From assembly GCA_903870245.1 (NCBI GenBank), contig CAIQCB010000021.1, positions 38,088-102,087 on the forward strand: a stretch of DNA of 64,000 bases, read 5' to 3'. Positions 48,760-59,101 of this stretch are shown here, in pieces. Under the pieces are notes generated by a model, which saw only the letters and a program-made list of their open reading frames with translations, ran no database searches and had not been told where the DNA came from. Position 1 is the first letter of the stretch. Every line of letters starts with the position of its first letter. Source of the stretch: an uncultured Methylocystaceae bacterium. Lineage in GTDB: Bacteria; Pseudomonadota; Alphaproteobacteria; Rhizobiales; Beijerinckiaceae. The translations under genes were made by a program, and so were the position numbers.

Positions 48760-50367
48760 TTATGTCAGACAATCACTAGACAGGATAACCACGCCTTCAT
48801 CTCCGCGCAGGCTGACGGCGACGCCGGTTGTTTCATCCCTCCGGTCGCCCTGCGTCGAGACCAGGAGACGCCCGCTCGCCGGAAGCTGCACAAGGGCGGC
48901 GGCGGCGTCCAGATTTAACGCGACGAAAATCCGCTCGTCGCCGAAGTGACGCTCATAGGCCAGCGTCTTTTCAGGCGCAACGAGACGACGCCATGCGCCG
49001 GCGTGCAAGGCTGTGTGATCGCGCCGCAACGCCAGAAGATGTTTATACAGCGCCAGAATAGAGTCTTCATCGAAACGCATATTCTCTACGTTCCGACTTG
49101 CGTGATCCGCAGAGAGAGGCAGCCATGGTTCATGTCTCGAAAAGCCAGCGAAGTCTGTCCCATCCCATTGCATGGGCGTGCGTGCCGGATCGCGACCGAC
49201 GTTAAAGGCGGCTTCGTTGCGGCCCCAGGGATCGCGTTGTCTTTCTGGCGGTATGATAACCTTGCCGATGCCGATTTCATCTCCGTAATAGAGAGTCGGC
49301 GTGCCGCGCAGAGTCAGTTGCAACAGGGCGGCGATGCGCGCCTGCGCCTCGCCCAATCGATCTGCGACCCGGCGCTGATCGTGGTTGCCGAGCACCCAGT
49401 TTGGTTGTGCGCCCTGCGGCAGGGCGGCTTCATATCGGCTGATGAGGTCGCCCAGCGCCCCGGCGCGCCAGGGGGTCTGGAGCAGATGAAAATTAAACGG
49501 GAAATTCAGACCGTCATTATGCTCGCCATAATAGGCGACGATCTGATCGATGGGCAAATAGGCCTCGCCAATCAAAACGCGGTCCGGAAATTCGTCGACG
49601 ACGCTCCGTAGGCCGATGATAACCTCAGGCAACTCCGGACGATTGACAGAGTAAAATTGCGTCAAGCGTGTGATGTCCGGTCCCTTTCCGTCCCAGTCGG
49701 GATTGGGCGGGTTGTCTCGAAACAACGCGTCCTTGATCAGATGTGAGACGACATCGACGCGAAAACCATCGACGCCGCGACGCAACCAGAAACGCATGGC
49801 GTCATGTATCGCCTCGCGCACCTGTTTATTCCGCCAGTTTAGGTCGGGCTGTTCGCGCAAAAAGGCGTGGTAGTAATACTGGCCGGTTGTTTCGTCCAAT
49901 GTCCAGCCCGGACCGCCGAAATGGCTGAGCCAATTGTTGGGCGGTCCGCCATCCGGCGCCGGGTCGCGCCAGAGATACCAGTCTCTTTTGGGATCGTTGA
50001 GACTTCGACGGCTGGCGAGGAACCACGGATGTCGATCTGAAGTGTGATTGGGCACCAGATCGACGACAACCTTCAATCCGCGCGCATGCGCCTCGGCCAG
50101 CAGGCGGTCAAAATCCGCCAGCGATCCAAACAGTGGATCGACATCGCAATAATCGGCGACATCGTAACCGAAATCCTTCATTGGCGAAGGATAGAAAGGC
50201 GATAGCCACAGGGCGTCGACGCCGAGCCAGACGAGATAATCGAGCCGCCGCCGCACGCCCTCAAGATCGCCAACGCCATCGCCGCTGGCGTCCTGAAAAG
50301 AGCGCGGGTATATCTGGTAGATTACGCCGCTCCGCCACCAGTTCTCCGGCATAACTTTCTCCGTCAT
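48760..50367 (-). CDS. GH13 alpha-glucosidase / oligo-1,6-glucosidase family protein
   Basis: Start at MTEKVMPENWWRSGVIYQIYPRSFQD. Motifs DLVPNHTS, GVDGFRVDV, LIGEAY and VLGNHD (GH13 regions I-IV). Confidence 0.9.
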   Translation of the reverse strand: MTEKVMPENWWRSGVIYQIYPRSFQDASGDGVGDLEGVRRRLDYLVWLGVDALWLSPFYPSPMKDFGYDVADYCDVDPLFGSLADFDRLLAEAHARGLKVVVDLVPNHTSDRHPWFLASRRSLNDPKRDWYLWRDPAPDGGPPNNWLSHFGGPGWTLDETTGQYYYHAFLREQPDLNWRNKQVREAIHDAMRFWLRRGVDGFRVDVVSHLIKDALFRDNPPNPDWDGKGPDITRLTQFYSVNRPELPEVIIGLRSVVDEFPDRVLIGEAYLPIDQIVAYYGEHNDGLNFPFNFHLLQTPWRAGALGDLISRYEAALPQGAQPNWVLGNHDQRRVADRLGEAQARIAALLQLTLRGTPTLYYGDEIGIGKVIIPPERQRDPWGRNEAAFNVGRDPARTPMQWDGTDFAGFSRHEPWLPLSADHASRNVENMRFDEDSILALYKHLLALRRDHTALHAGAWRRLVAPEKTLAYERHFGDERIFVALNLDAAAALVQLPASGRLLVSTQGDRRDETTGVAVSLRGDEGVVILSSDCLT

Positions 50368-50398
50368 CCTTTGCGGCGCGCGGTTCGATCCGCCGCCT

Positions 50399-52540
50399 TC
50401 ATGCGGCGTCCGGACGCGCGAGAAGGCTAAAGCTGGCGCGCAACAATGTCTCAGGCGCGGCGCTGAAACCGACAAACAGGTCGAAGGCGCCGGGCTCCAC
50501 GATCGGTCGCAACTCGACGCCAGGAAAGACGAGATCCTCAATTCCAAGCGTCAGGCTAACGGTCATGCGTTCCCCCGGGGCAAGATCAATTTGACGCCAG
50601 CGTTTCAACTCCATGATTGGCCGCGCAACGCTGGCGACGCGATCATGGAGGAAAAAGAACACGGTTTCACGACGGGCGCACTCTTCCGAGCAAATCACAT
50701 CGACAGAAACGCCGATGTCTTCGCCAGTAAAATACCTCTCCCTGTCGAGGCGCAAATTCTCCAGCGACGCCTGCCCGTAGGACAGCCCGTGTCCAAAGGG
50801 AAACAGCGGCGTCACTGCAACATCCAGATATTTGCTTGTAAACGGATTTGCTTCGTCCGTCGGACGTCCCGACGCACGCTGCGCATAGAAAATCGGGATC
50901 TGTCCCGTCACGCGCGGCCAGGTGATCGGGAGCCGGGCGCAGGGGTTGAAGGCGCCAGTGAGCACATCCGCGATGGCGTGGCCGGCCATCGCGCCGGGAA
51001 ACCATGTCGCGACAATGGCGCCGGCGCTTTCGGCGAGATCGCCGATCATCAATGGACGACCGGAGACGAGCAGAAGCGCGTTGGGCGTTCCCGTTGCGAT
51101 GACGGCTTGCGCAAGCTGTTGTTGCGCGCCCGGTAAATCGGGTGTGGCGCGACAGGCGGCCTCGCCGCTCATGTAAGCGGCCTCGCCCATGCACAACACC
51201 GTCAAGTCGGCACGGCGCGCCAGTTCGCAGGCCCCGGCGACGCCGCAATCATCGTCCCGGTCAAGGCCGACGCCCTCGGCATGAACGACCTCGCAGTCCG
51301 GCAACGCTGCTTTTAGTCCCTCAAGAATTGTGACGCAGGTTTCCGGACGACCGGCGGCGGACCATGGACCCTGCATCTCCATGCGCGCATCGGCGAGCGG
51401 ACCGATGACCGCCAGACGGCGAAGATTTTTGTCGATTGGCAGAATCCGGCGATTGGTCAGCAACACAATCGAACGACGGGCGCAGTCGCGCGCCAGCTCT
51501 TGCGCCGCCTCAGTTCTGGCGGCGCAGGATACAACCAGCCGGACAGGATCATCGAAGAGGCCCAGGCGCTCCTTCAGCGCCAGAACGCGCCGCACCGCAG
51601 CGTCTATAATATCTTCTCTCACCAGACCGCGCGCCAGCGCCTCGGGCAAATGCTCCAGGAAGACGCCGCTGACCATATCCATATCGACGCCAGCATTGAG
51701 GGCCAGCGCCGCCGCCTCTGTCCGGTCTCCGGCGACGCCATGCTCGATCAATTCTCCGATTGCCGTGTAATCGCTCAACACAACGCCGTCGAAACCCAGT
51801 TCCTCGCGCAAATAATGTCGTAACAATTCGACATGCGCGGTCATCGGCGCGCCGTCGATACAATTAAACGCCGGCATGATCGCCGCGCAGCCCGCGAGAA
51901 CGGCGGCGCGAAACGGCGGCAGATAGATCTCGCGTAATTGACGCGGCGAGATATCCGCTGAGGCGTAGTCGCGTCCGGCTGTAGCGGCGCCGCCGCCGCA
52001 GAAATGCTTCGCGGTGGCGGCAATCGCGGCGGGACTCCTCAGATCGTCGCCCTGAAATCCATGAATTTTCGCCCTGGCGAAAATTGAGGCCGTCAGCGGA
52101 TCCTCGCCGGGGCCTTCGACAATGCGTCCCCACCGCGGATCGCGCGATACGTCGAGCATGGGCGCAAAGGTCAGGTTAACGCCGTCTTCCGCAGCCTCCA
52201 GCGCCGCGACACGGGCGGTGCGCATCCACAGGTCGGGGTCGAAGGCGCCGGCTTCGGCAAGGGGGACGGGAAAGATCGTGCGATGTCCGTGCAACACGTC
52301 GAGACCAAACAACAGCGGTATTCGGAGCCGGCTTTCCTCCCGGGCGAGTCGTTGCGTCGCCGAAATCGCCTCTCGTCCCCAGAGATTGAACACGCCGCCG
52401 ACCTTGCCGGCGCGGATGGCGGCGTCGATATCCGCGTCGGTGGCCGGACCGGTGATCGCCCGATCCGCTGTCACAAGGTTGAGCTGGCCGAGTTTCTCGG
52501 TCAGCGTCATCGTCCGCAGCAATTCGTCGATATGACTCAT
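50399..52540 (-). CDS. bglX: GH3 beta-glucosidase (BglX-like)
   Basis: 713 aa. Motifs MTLTEKLGQL, KHFCGGG, GFDGVVLSDY (nucleophile Asp region), and a C-terminal Fn3-like domain. Confidence 0.9.
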   Translation of the reverse strand: MSHIDELLRTMTLTEKLGQLNLVTADRAITGPATDADIDAAIRAGKVGGVFNLWGREAISATQRLAREESRLRIPLLFGLDVLHGHRTIFPVPLAEAGAFDPDLWMRTARVAALEAAEDGVNLTFAPMLDVSRDPRWGRIVEGPGEDPLTASIFARAKIHGFQGDDLRSPAAIAATAKHFCGGGAATAGRDYASADISPRQLREIYLPPFRAAVLAGCAAIMPAFNCIDGAPMTAHVELLRHYLREELGFDGVVLSDYTAIGELIEHGVAGDRTEAAALALNAGVDMDMVSGVFLEHLPEALARGLVREDIIDAAVRRVLALKERLGLFDDPVRLVVSCAARTEAAQELARDCARRSIVLLTNRRILPIDKNLRRLAVIGPLADARMEMQGPWSAAGRPETCVTILEGLKAALPDCEVVHAEGVGLDRDDDCGVAGACELARRADLTVLCMGEAAYMSGEAACRATPDLPGAQQQLAQAVIATGTPNALLLVSGRPLMIGDLAESAGAIVATWFPGAMAGHAIADVLTGAFNPCARLPITWPRVTGQIPIFYAQRASGRPTDEANPFTSKYLDVAVTPLFPFGHGLSYGQASLENLRLDRERYFTGEDIGVSVDVICSEECARRETVFFFLHDRVASVARPIMELKRWRQIDLAPGERMTVSLTLGIEDLVFPGVELRPIVEPGAFDLFVGFSAAPETLLRASFSLLARPDAA

Positions 52541-52637
52541 CTTGCAAGACTAGCGCGCTTTTGCATCGCATGAAATGATAAGGGGCTGGCGACATTCTCC
52601 GGCGCTGCCGATACAAGGCCTTCTGAGCGAGAACGAC

Positions 52638-54392
52638 ATGGATCGCGACGCCACGCCCCGGTCGGGGGAAGAGAGTTTCATGTCATTGGCTGGGGTTGTT
52701 CTCGCCGCCCTGCGCACGTCGCCGCAACGTCTGACGCTGGTCTTGCTCGGCGTCGCGCTGGTGCTCGTTATTGCGGCGACGGCCTGGGGGCAAATTCGTC
52801 TCAACGCCTGGAACCAGCCCTTTTACGATGCGCTGGCGCAGAAAGATCATCCGGGCGTTTACGCGCAAGTCAAAGTCTATGTCATGCTCGCCGCTGGTCT
52901 GCTCATATTAAATGTTTCGCAGACATGGCTGGCGCAAATGATGAAGTTGAGACTGCGTGAGGCGCTCACGCGCTCTCTATTTCACCAATGGCTGGCTCCT
53001 AAACGCGCTGTTTTGCTGGCGCAAACCGGCGAAATTGGCGTTAATCCCGATCAACGCATTCACGCTGACGCCCAGCATTTGGCTGATCTTTCCACCGATC
53101 TGTGCGTCGGCCTTGCACAGGCGAGCCTACTGCTGGCGAGTTTTATCGGCGTGTTGTGGGTGTTATCAGCTGGCGTCGCTTTCGATCTCGCTGATCAGCA
53201 TATCGCTATTCCGGGTTATATGGTTTGGTGTGCATTGCTTTATGCGCTGATTGGTTCGTTGGCGAGCTGGTGGGTGGGGCTGCCTCTGATGGCGCTCGGG
53301 AGTGAGCGCTATGCGCGCGAGTCCGAAGTGCGTTTCGCACTGGTCGATGTCAGCGAACATAGCGAGCCAATTGCCCTGATGGGCGCCGAAGCGCGCGAGG
53401 AACAACGATTATCTCAAGCTTTCGACGCGCTTGTCGCGATCCTGCGCAGGCTCGTCGGCGCCACGACGCGTCTGACATGGGTAACCGCGGGTTATGGCTG
53501 GTTCGCCATAATCGCGCCGGTAATCGTCGCGTCGCCGGCCTATTTTTCGGGTCAGTTGAGCTTCGGCGGCCTGCTCATGGCGGCGGCCGCCTTCACGCAG
53601 GTGCAGCAATCGCTTCGCTGGTTCGTCGATAACGCCGGCGTCATCGCCGACTGGCGCGCCACGTTGTCGCGTGTTGGACTCTTCCGTCGCGCGCTGCTGG
53701 AGCAGGCGACCCTTGAAAGCACCCTGGAGGCGCCGGCAGCCGAGCGATCCGGCATCGTGCGTGTTGTTGAAGAAAGAGAAAGTTTCCTGCTGGAGAATGT
53801 CGTGCTGGCCCTGCCGTCTCGCCAGACGCGATTGAACGAGCCGCTGATCGAAATCGGGCCGGGCGCGAGAGTTCATATCGTTGGCGAGCATGGCTGCGGT
53901 AAGACGCTGCTGTTTCGTGCGCTTGCGGGTCTCTGGCGCCTCGGCGGCGGGCGTATTCTGGCTCCGCCGGAGACGCACATCGCCTTTATGCCCAAGCGCG
54001 CCTTTATTCCCGATCTGACTCTGCGCGAAATCCTTTCTTACCCCGCACCGGCGTCGATTTACAGTGATGAACAGACCATCGCCGCGCTGGCGCGCCTCAA
54101 TCTGGGTTATCTTGTCGCCGCGCTGGATCGCGTCGGGGCGTGGGATCGCGAGCTTGCCGATCCTGAGCGGCAGGCCGTGGCTTTCGCAAGGCTTTTGTTG
54201 CACTGCCCTGATTTTGTGGTGATTGACGAAGCGCTCGACGCCCTCTCGTCTGAAGTCAAAGCGATTGTCGCGGATATTTTCGATCGCGAATTGAAATCCT
54301 CTGCGCTGATTTACATCTCCGGGCCGCGCGACGTCGATCCGCTGTTCACGCGCGGCTATCGTCTGGAAACGATCACGATCGCAGAAAGCTAG
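52638..54392 (+). CDS. ABC transporter fused permease/ATPase with an SbmA/BacA-like membrane domain (YddA-type)
   Basis: Start chosen at MDRDATPRS. N-terminal TM domain with WNQPFYDAL, NPDQRIHADAQ and SFGGLLMAAAAF (SbmA_BacA-like). C-terminal Walker A GEHGCGKT, then signature and Walker B (VVIDEAL). Confidence 0.85.
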   Translation: MDRDATPRSGEESFMSLAGVVLAALRTSPQRLTLVLLGVALVLVIAATAWGQIRLNAWNQPFYDALAQKDHPGVYAQVKVYVMLAAGLLILNVSQTWLAQMMKLRLREALTRSLFHQWLAPKRAVLLAQTGEIGVNPDQRIHADAQHLADLSTDLCVGLAQASLLLASFIGVLWVLSAGVAFDLADQHIAIPGYMVWCALLYALIGSLASWWVGLPLMALGSERYARESEVRFALVDVSEHSEPIALMGAEAREEQRLSQAFDALVAILRRLVGATTRLTWVTAGYGWFAIIAPVIVASPAYFSGQLSFGGLLMAAAAFTQVQQSLRWFVDNAGVIADWRATLSRVGLFRRALLEQATLESTLEAPAAERSGIVRVVEERESFLLENVVLALPSRQTRLNEPLIEIGPGARVHIVGEHGCGKTLLFRALAGLWRLGGGRILAPPETHIAFMPKRAFIPDLTLREILSYPAPASIYSDEQTIAALARLNLGYLVAALDRVGAWDRELADPERQAVAFARLLLHCPDFVVIDEALDALSSEVKAIVADIFDRELKSSALIYISGPRDVDPLFTRGYRLETITIAES

Positions 54393-54425
54393 AGCCACGG
54401 TCTGAATGAGTCAGGCCGTGGCTCT
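54391..54425 (+). terminator. Long hairpin (15-bp stem, one mismatch, 5-nt loop) at the end of the ABC gene, a likely terminator for the convergent pair
   Basis: AGAGCCACGGTCTGA-ATGAG-TCAGGCCGTGGCTCT, followed by TGTTATATGTCTT. It overlaps the TAG stop at 54390-54392. Confidence 0.6.
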
Positions 54426-54613
54426 TGTTATATGTCTTGTCGCGATTTCTTTCGCCAAACCGAGTTCCGCTTCGGCGTTAAGCGCTCTCGTATTTAATTG
54501 TCCCGGGCGCCGCGAAATAGCTCTGGAAGTCGCAACCGTTCTTTGAACGAAGGACCCAGGGGGCGTTTTCGCGTTCCGCACGCTCCAAAGACTTGTTTGA
54601 GGTCCTCGCTGTC

Positions 54614-56185
54614 CTAAACCGCTTGCATGGCTTCTGGCTTGCCGCGACCTCGTTTGGCGATCAGCTTGTTCAGCGCCGACACATAGGCGCGCGCCGAGGC
54701 CACCAACGTATCGGGATCGGCGCCTCGACCGGTGACGGATTTACCGTCTTCGCTCAACCGCACGGAGACTTCAGCCTGTGCATCGGTGCCTTCTGTCACG
54801 GCGTGAACTTGAAACAGTTCAAGCGTCGCCTCGTGCGGAGCCAGCGCCTTGATCGCGTTGAAAATAGCGTCGACCGGGCCGTTGCCGGTCGCCTGATGCG
54901 TCACTTTCTCGCCGTCGATGTCGAGCGTCAGCGCTGCAGATTGCGGCCCCTGCGTGCCGGCCATCACCATCAGCGCCAGCACCTTGATATGATCGTGAGC
55001 GGTTACGATTTCGGCGTCGACAAGCGCAGCCAGATCTTCGTCGTAAACGAATTTCTTGCGGTCGGCCAAATCCTTGAAACGGTTAAAAGCGTCCTCCAGC
55101 GCGTTTTCGCCGAGATCGTAGCCCAACTCCTTGAGTTTTTCACGGAAGGCGTGGCGCCCGGAATGCTTGCCCATCACCAGCGAGGTCTTCGAGACGCCAA
55201 CGCTCTCAGGCGTCATGATCTCGTAGGTGAACGCGTTCTTCAGCATGCCGTCCTGATGAATGCCGCTCTCATGCGCGAAGGCGTTACGGCCGACAATCGC
55301 CTTGTTGTATTGCACCGGGAAGGAGGTCACCGCCGAGACGAGCCTGGAGGCGCGCGTCAGCAGTTTGGCGTCGATATCGGTGTAATAGGGCAGCGCGTCA
55401 TGGCGGGTTTTCATCGCCATAACGACCTCTTCCAGCGAGGCGTTGCCGGCGCGCTCGCCAATGCCGTTAATGGTGCATTCGATCTGCCGCGCGCCGCCGC
55501 GCACGCCGGCCAGCGAATTCGCCGCCGCGAGCCCGAGATCGTCGTGACAATGGACCGAGAAGATCGCCTTGTCGGCGTTCGGCACGCGTTCGCGCACGGC
55601 GCGAAACAGCGCTTCGTATTCCGCCGGTGTGATATAACCGACTGTGTCGGGAATGTTGATCGTTGTAGCCCCGGCCCTGATCGCGATCTCGACGCAACGG
55701 CACAGAAAATCAATTTCCGTTCGCGTACCGTCTTCCGCCGACCATTCCACGTCAGCGACGTGATTGCGCGCCCGGGCGACAGAGGACGCGATCAACTCCA
55801 GCACCCGTTCGGGCTCCATCTGGAGCTTGTATTTCATATGGACCGGCGAGGTCGAAATGAAGGTGTGGATGCGCGGCCGCTGCGCCTCCCGCAGCGCCTC
55901 GGCGCAGCGGTCGATATCTTTCTCGGAGGCGCGGGCGAGGCCGGCCACCGAGGCTTTCTTCACCCGCCGCGCCACTTCGCTCACGCTCTCGAAATCGCCG
56001 ATGCTGGCGATCGGGAAGCCGGCTTCGATGATGTCGACGCCCAGATGATCGAGCAGATCGGCGACTTCGAGCTTTTCCTCGAAAGTCATCGAGGCGCCGG
56101 GCGATTGTTCGCCATCGCGCAGGGTGGTGTCGAAAATCAGAACGCGCTCGCCGGTCTGCGCGTGGGTTGAAGTCTCTTTTGTCAT
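54614..56185 (-). CDS. leuA: 2-isopropylmalate synthase
   Basis: 523 aa. IFDTTLRDGEQSPG, HCHDDLGLAAANSLAG, and the C-terminal LeuA dimerisation/regulatory domain. Confidence 0.96.
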   Translation of the reverse strand: MTKETSTHAQTGERVLIFDTTLRDGEQSPGASMTFEEKLEVADLLDHLGVDIIEAGFPIASIGDFESVSEVARRVKKASVAGLARASEKDIDRCAEALREAQRPRIHTFISTSPVHMKYKLQMEPERVLELIASSVARARNHVADVEWSAEDGTRTEIDFLCRCVEIAIRAGATTINIPDTVGYITPAEYEALFRAVRERVPNADKAIFSVHCHDDLGLAAANSLAGVRGGARQIECTINGIGERAGNASLEEVVMAMKTRHDALPYYTDIDAKLLTRASRLVSAVTSFPVQYNKAIVGRNAFAHESGIHQDGMLKNAFTYEIMTPESVGVSKTSLVMGKHSGRHAFREKLKELGYDLGENALEDAFNRFKDLADRKKFVYDEDLAALVDAEIVTAHDHIKVLALMVMAGTQGPQSAALTLDIDGEKVTHQATGNGPVDAIFNAIKALAPHEATLELFQVHAVTEGTDAQAEVSVRLSEDGKSVTGRGADPDTLVASARAYVSALNKLIAKRGRGKPEAMQAV

Positions 56186-56417
56186 GTCGAGTTCCCGAAA
56201 TCCGCCGCCCCTGCCCGGGGCTTGTTTCCGCCTGCGTTTAACCCCTGACGGCCTGGGCGCAAGCCCGGCGGGCGATCAGGGGCGGGGAAGCAGCGGTAGG
56301 CGTGCAGGGGACCGGCGGCGGGCAAGGCGCCGGTGCGGCTTCCCCGTCGAGGTCGATGTGTGGAAAATGGCGCTATTAGCCAAGATCGTCGCCTGCATGA
56401 ACGGCCAGAAGGCCAGA

Positions 56418-56431
56418 TTGATGAAAATCAT
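56418..56431. promoter_or_regulatory. Near-consensus FNR/FixK-type box TTGAT-GAAA-ATCAT (9/10)
   Basis: Read directly, about 235 nt upstream of the leuA start on the opposite strand orientation. Pattern match only. Confidence 0.25.
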
Positions 56432-57212
56432 AGGCAAACCGGCCGCCGCTGGCAAGCGAGACGGCGGCAGAGATCGTCCGGGGCTGGCTTGCGGATCTGG
56501 CAAGAGAGCAAGAGAGGAGGCATTGAGCGGGTTAAAATTGATGGAGATGCCTTGTGGTTATGGATCTGATCGGACGGGCAGTGGAATGCCCGGATTGGCA
56601 ATACAAAAATTCCTTGATCGCAACAATTCTGCTTAGTTGTTGCCAGCTAAAACTTTATGTCTGGGAATAAAGCATAATCATGCATCGCATTCGTTTTTCG
56701 TCCAGGTTTTTTTTGTGACAGCGCCCGCAAAATACAACGCGCATGATTGGGAATTTAAGTCCCAAATCCTCCAGGTCCCTTAACTTTCCCAATCTCAATG
56801 CCTGGAAAAAGATGTCCGCGAGGAATGCGCTAACGTTGAGGGCGCACTGCGAGGAAATGGCGGCGTCTACTCATTGCTTGTCGTCGCGGACCATCAAATC
56901 AAGCGATCCTTGCATTGGCTGTCAGGATGTCCACAGACTTCGCATCAATTCAAACATTCCATTTGTGACATCAAGATTTAAATCGCCAATGCAACGCGGT
57001 AAAGCCGAGTGGCGATAACGACAAGCCCGCAACAATCAAAACCCATTAGACGTTGCTCCGGATGCTTCTCCCGCCGATGCGGCCGGTTCGAGGCTATTAT
57101 TCCTTGCATCCTGGCGAAACCGGCGCAACGCCGCTCCGGAAAATGTTCGCCGGAAACGCCCAGTGCGAAACCCTCTTGCCGAAACAGCGCCAAGCGCCCT
57201 AACATCCATTCC

Positions 57213-57734
57213 ATGGTCAAGAGCGCCGTCTCCATCCGTCATGCGTCGCCCGGCGACGCGGAGGACATCGCCATCGTCCACGATCTTTCGTGGCGCGACG
57301 CCTATCGCGGCGTCATTCCGGGCGTGGAGCTGGAGCGGATGATCGCCCGGCGCGGGCCAAACTGGTGGCGCGCCGCCATTTTGCGCGGCACTGGCCTGCT
57401 TGCGCTCGAATTCGACTCAAGAATCGTCGGCTATGCGACCTTCGGCCGGAACCGCGTGCCGTCCATGCCCTATTCCGGGGAGATTTTTGAGCTTTACCTG
57501 CTGCCCGAGCATCAGGGGCTGGGCCTGGGCCGCCGGCTGTTCAACGTCGCTCGCCGCGAGCTGGCCGAACACGGCTATCTCTCGACCATTGTCTGGGCGC
57601 TGGCCGATAACGACAAGGCGCTCGCTTTCTACGGCCATCTCGGTGGGCAGACGGTGCGCCGCGCCGAAGAGCGTTTCGGCGCCAATGTTCTGACCCGGGT
57701 CGCCTTCGGATTTATATCCGCGCCGGCCATCTGA
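57213..57734 (+). CDS. GNAT family N-acetyltransferase
   Basis: Start at MVKSAVSIRHASPGDAEDIAIV. Acetyl-CoA motif LYLLPEHQGLGLGRRLF. Confidence 0.85.
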   Translation: MVKSAVSIRHASPGDAEDIAIVHDLSWRDAYRGVIPGVELERMIARRGPNWWRAAILRGTGLLALEFDSRIVGYATFGRNRVPSMPYSGEIFELYLLPEHQGLGLGRRLFNVARRELAEHGYLSTIVWALADNDKALAFYGHLGGQTVRRAEERFGANVLTRVAFGFISAPAI

Positions 57735-57743
57735 GCGCCTCGT

Positions 57744-58958
57744 TCAGTCCCCCCTAAGCCGCGCCAACAAGGCCTTGCTGGCGTAACCATCGGCCGGCTG
57801 CACGCCAGCGGCGAGTTGCCAGGCGTGAATGGCGTTGCGGCTGGAGCGGCCGAGCTTGCCGTCGATCGTTCCACGATAAACGCCCGCGCGCGCAAGCTGC
57901 TGTTGCATCTCCTTCACCTCAACTGTGGAAAGCGGCGCGGTTTTGGGCCATGGCGCGAGGGGAATATCGCGGCCGGCGATCCGCTCCGCCAGTACGGCGA
58001 CCGACATCGCATAGGCGTCGGACGTATTATATTGCCGGATAACTTCGAAATTGTCGCCGATCAGAAACGTCGGCCCCTGCGCGCCGGTCGGCATGTAAAG
58101 GCTGGCGGCGCCGCTTGCCGGCAAATCGCCGCCATCGGCGCGAAGCGCGCCCAGCGCCCGCCAGCGCCCGAAATCCAGATCGTAGTCGGCGTAATCGTAG
58201 TTTTCCGGCAGGCGTATTTCGACGACTGCGGGAAGGCCGGCGACCCAGCCGGATTTTTCGAGGAAGTTGCCAATCGAGGCGATGGCGTCGGGCGTCGAGC
58301 GCCAGATGTCCGCCGCCCCTGCGCCGTTGTCGCTCTCGGCGTATTTCAGATAGGCCGAGGGCATGAACTGGGGTTGACCCATCGCTCCCGCCCAGGAGCC
58401 GCGCAACTGCCCGCGCGCAGCATAGCGCTTCTCCAACAGGACAAGCGCATCGACGAATTCGCCGATGAAGGTTTCGGCGCGATGTCCTCTCCACGCCAGC
58501 GTGGCGAGCACAGCCAAGACGTCGCTGCCGCCGGTCGCGACGCCAAAATTGCTCTCGACGCCGAGGATGGCGACCATAATCTCGTGGGGAACGCCATGCC
58601 GTTGGGCGGCGCGGGCGAGCGGCCTTTCATACTGCGCGGCCAAGGCTCGGCCACGCGCGACGCGGCTATTGGTCACGGCGCTGGCAAGATAGGCGGGGAT
58701 TGAAATTGTGAACTCCGCCTGTGTTTTGGGTTTGGCGAGCACCGCCTGTTCTGGCTTGAGCCCCGCGACGGCGGTCTCGAACGTCTCGCGCGACACCCCG
58801 GCCGCCTGCGCCTGCGGCCATAGACCCTGCACGAAGGCGGCGAAATCGTCAGCTCTGGCCTTTCCAGCAGGCATGAGGAGCGCCAGTGTCGCGAGCGAGA
58901 GCAGACGCAGCGCCGCGCGGCGATCGTCGAAGCGGGAGGACGAGAGGAGGCGGGGCAT
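57744..58958 (-). CDS. Lytic murein transglycosylase (MltB/SLT_2 family) with a C-terminal peptidoglycan-binding domain
   Basis: Start chosen at MPRLLSSSRF. Motifs ILGVESNFG (catalytic Glu), GAMGQPQFMPSAY, and C-terminal LARAGVYRGTIDGKLGRSSRNAIHAWQ (PG_binding_1). Confidence 0.88.
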   Translation of the reverse strand: MPRLLSSSRFDDRRAALRLLSLATLALLMPAGKARADDFAAFVQGLWPQAQAAGVSRETFETAVAGLKPEQAVLAKPKTQAEFTISIPAYLASAVTNSRVARGRALAAQYERPLARAAQRHGVPHEIMVAILGVESNFGVATGGSDVLAVLATLAWRGHRAETFIGEFVDALVLLEKRYAARGQLRGSWAGAMGQPQFMPSAYLKYAESDNGAGAADIWRSTPDAIASIGNFLEKSGWVAGLPAVVEIRLPENYDYADYDLDFGRWRALGALRADGGDLPASGAASLYMPTGAQGPTFLIGDNFEVIRQYNTSDAYAMSVAVLAERIAGRDIPLAPWPKTAPLSTVEVKEMQQQLARAGVYRGTIDGKLGRSSRNAIHAWQLAAGVQPADGYASKALLARLRGD

Positions 58959-59101
58959 CGGGGGCGAATCTCCGGGAACGGTCTTGTTTGGAAAGTTTAC
59001 ACCTTCCGCCATTTTGTTTGACAGGGGCGGGGCGCTGCCGTCTACTGCCTAGACGCATCTCTATGATTTTCAGGGGGCGAGCGCGCTCGCCAACGGTAAT
59101 T

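Noticed and set aside
56186-56520. A leucine-rich leader peptide and attenuator upstream of leuA.
   Set aside because: I reverse-complemented the region. The only small ORF (MIFINLAFWPFMQATILANS...) has no run of Leu codons, and no terminator/antiterminator pair with a U-tract is evident.
56743-57018. A 91-aa plus-strand ORF, and the 85-aa minus-strand ORF 56978..57235, in the leuA-GNAT gap.
   Set aside because: There is no RBS, the composition is unlike the genome coding bias, and the translations are Ser/Arg/Cys-rich without hydrophobic structure. They are treated as non-coding.
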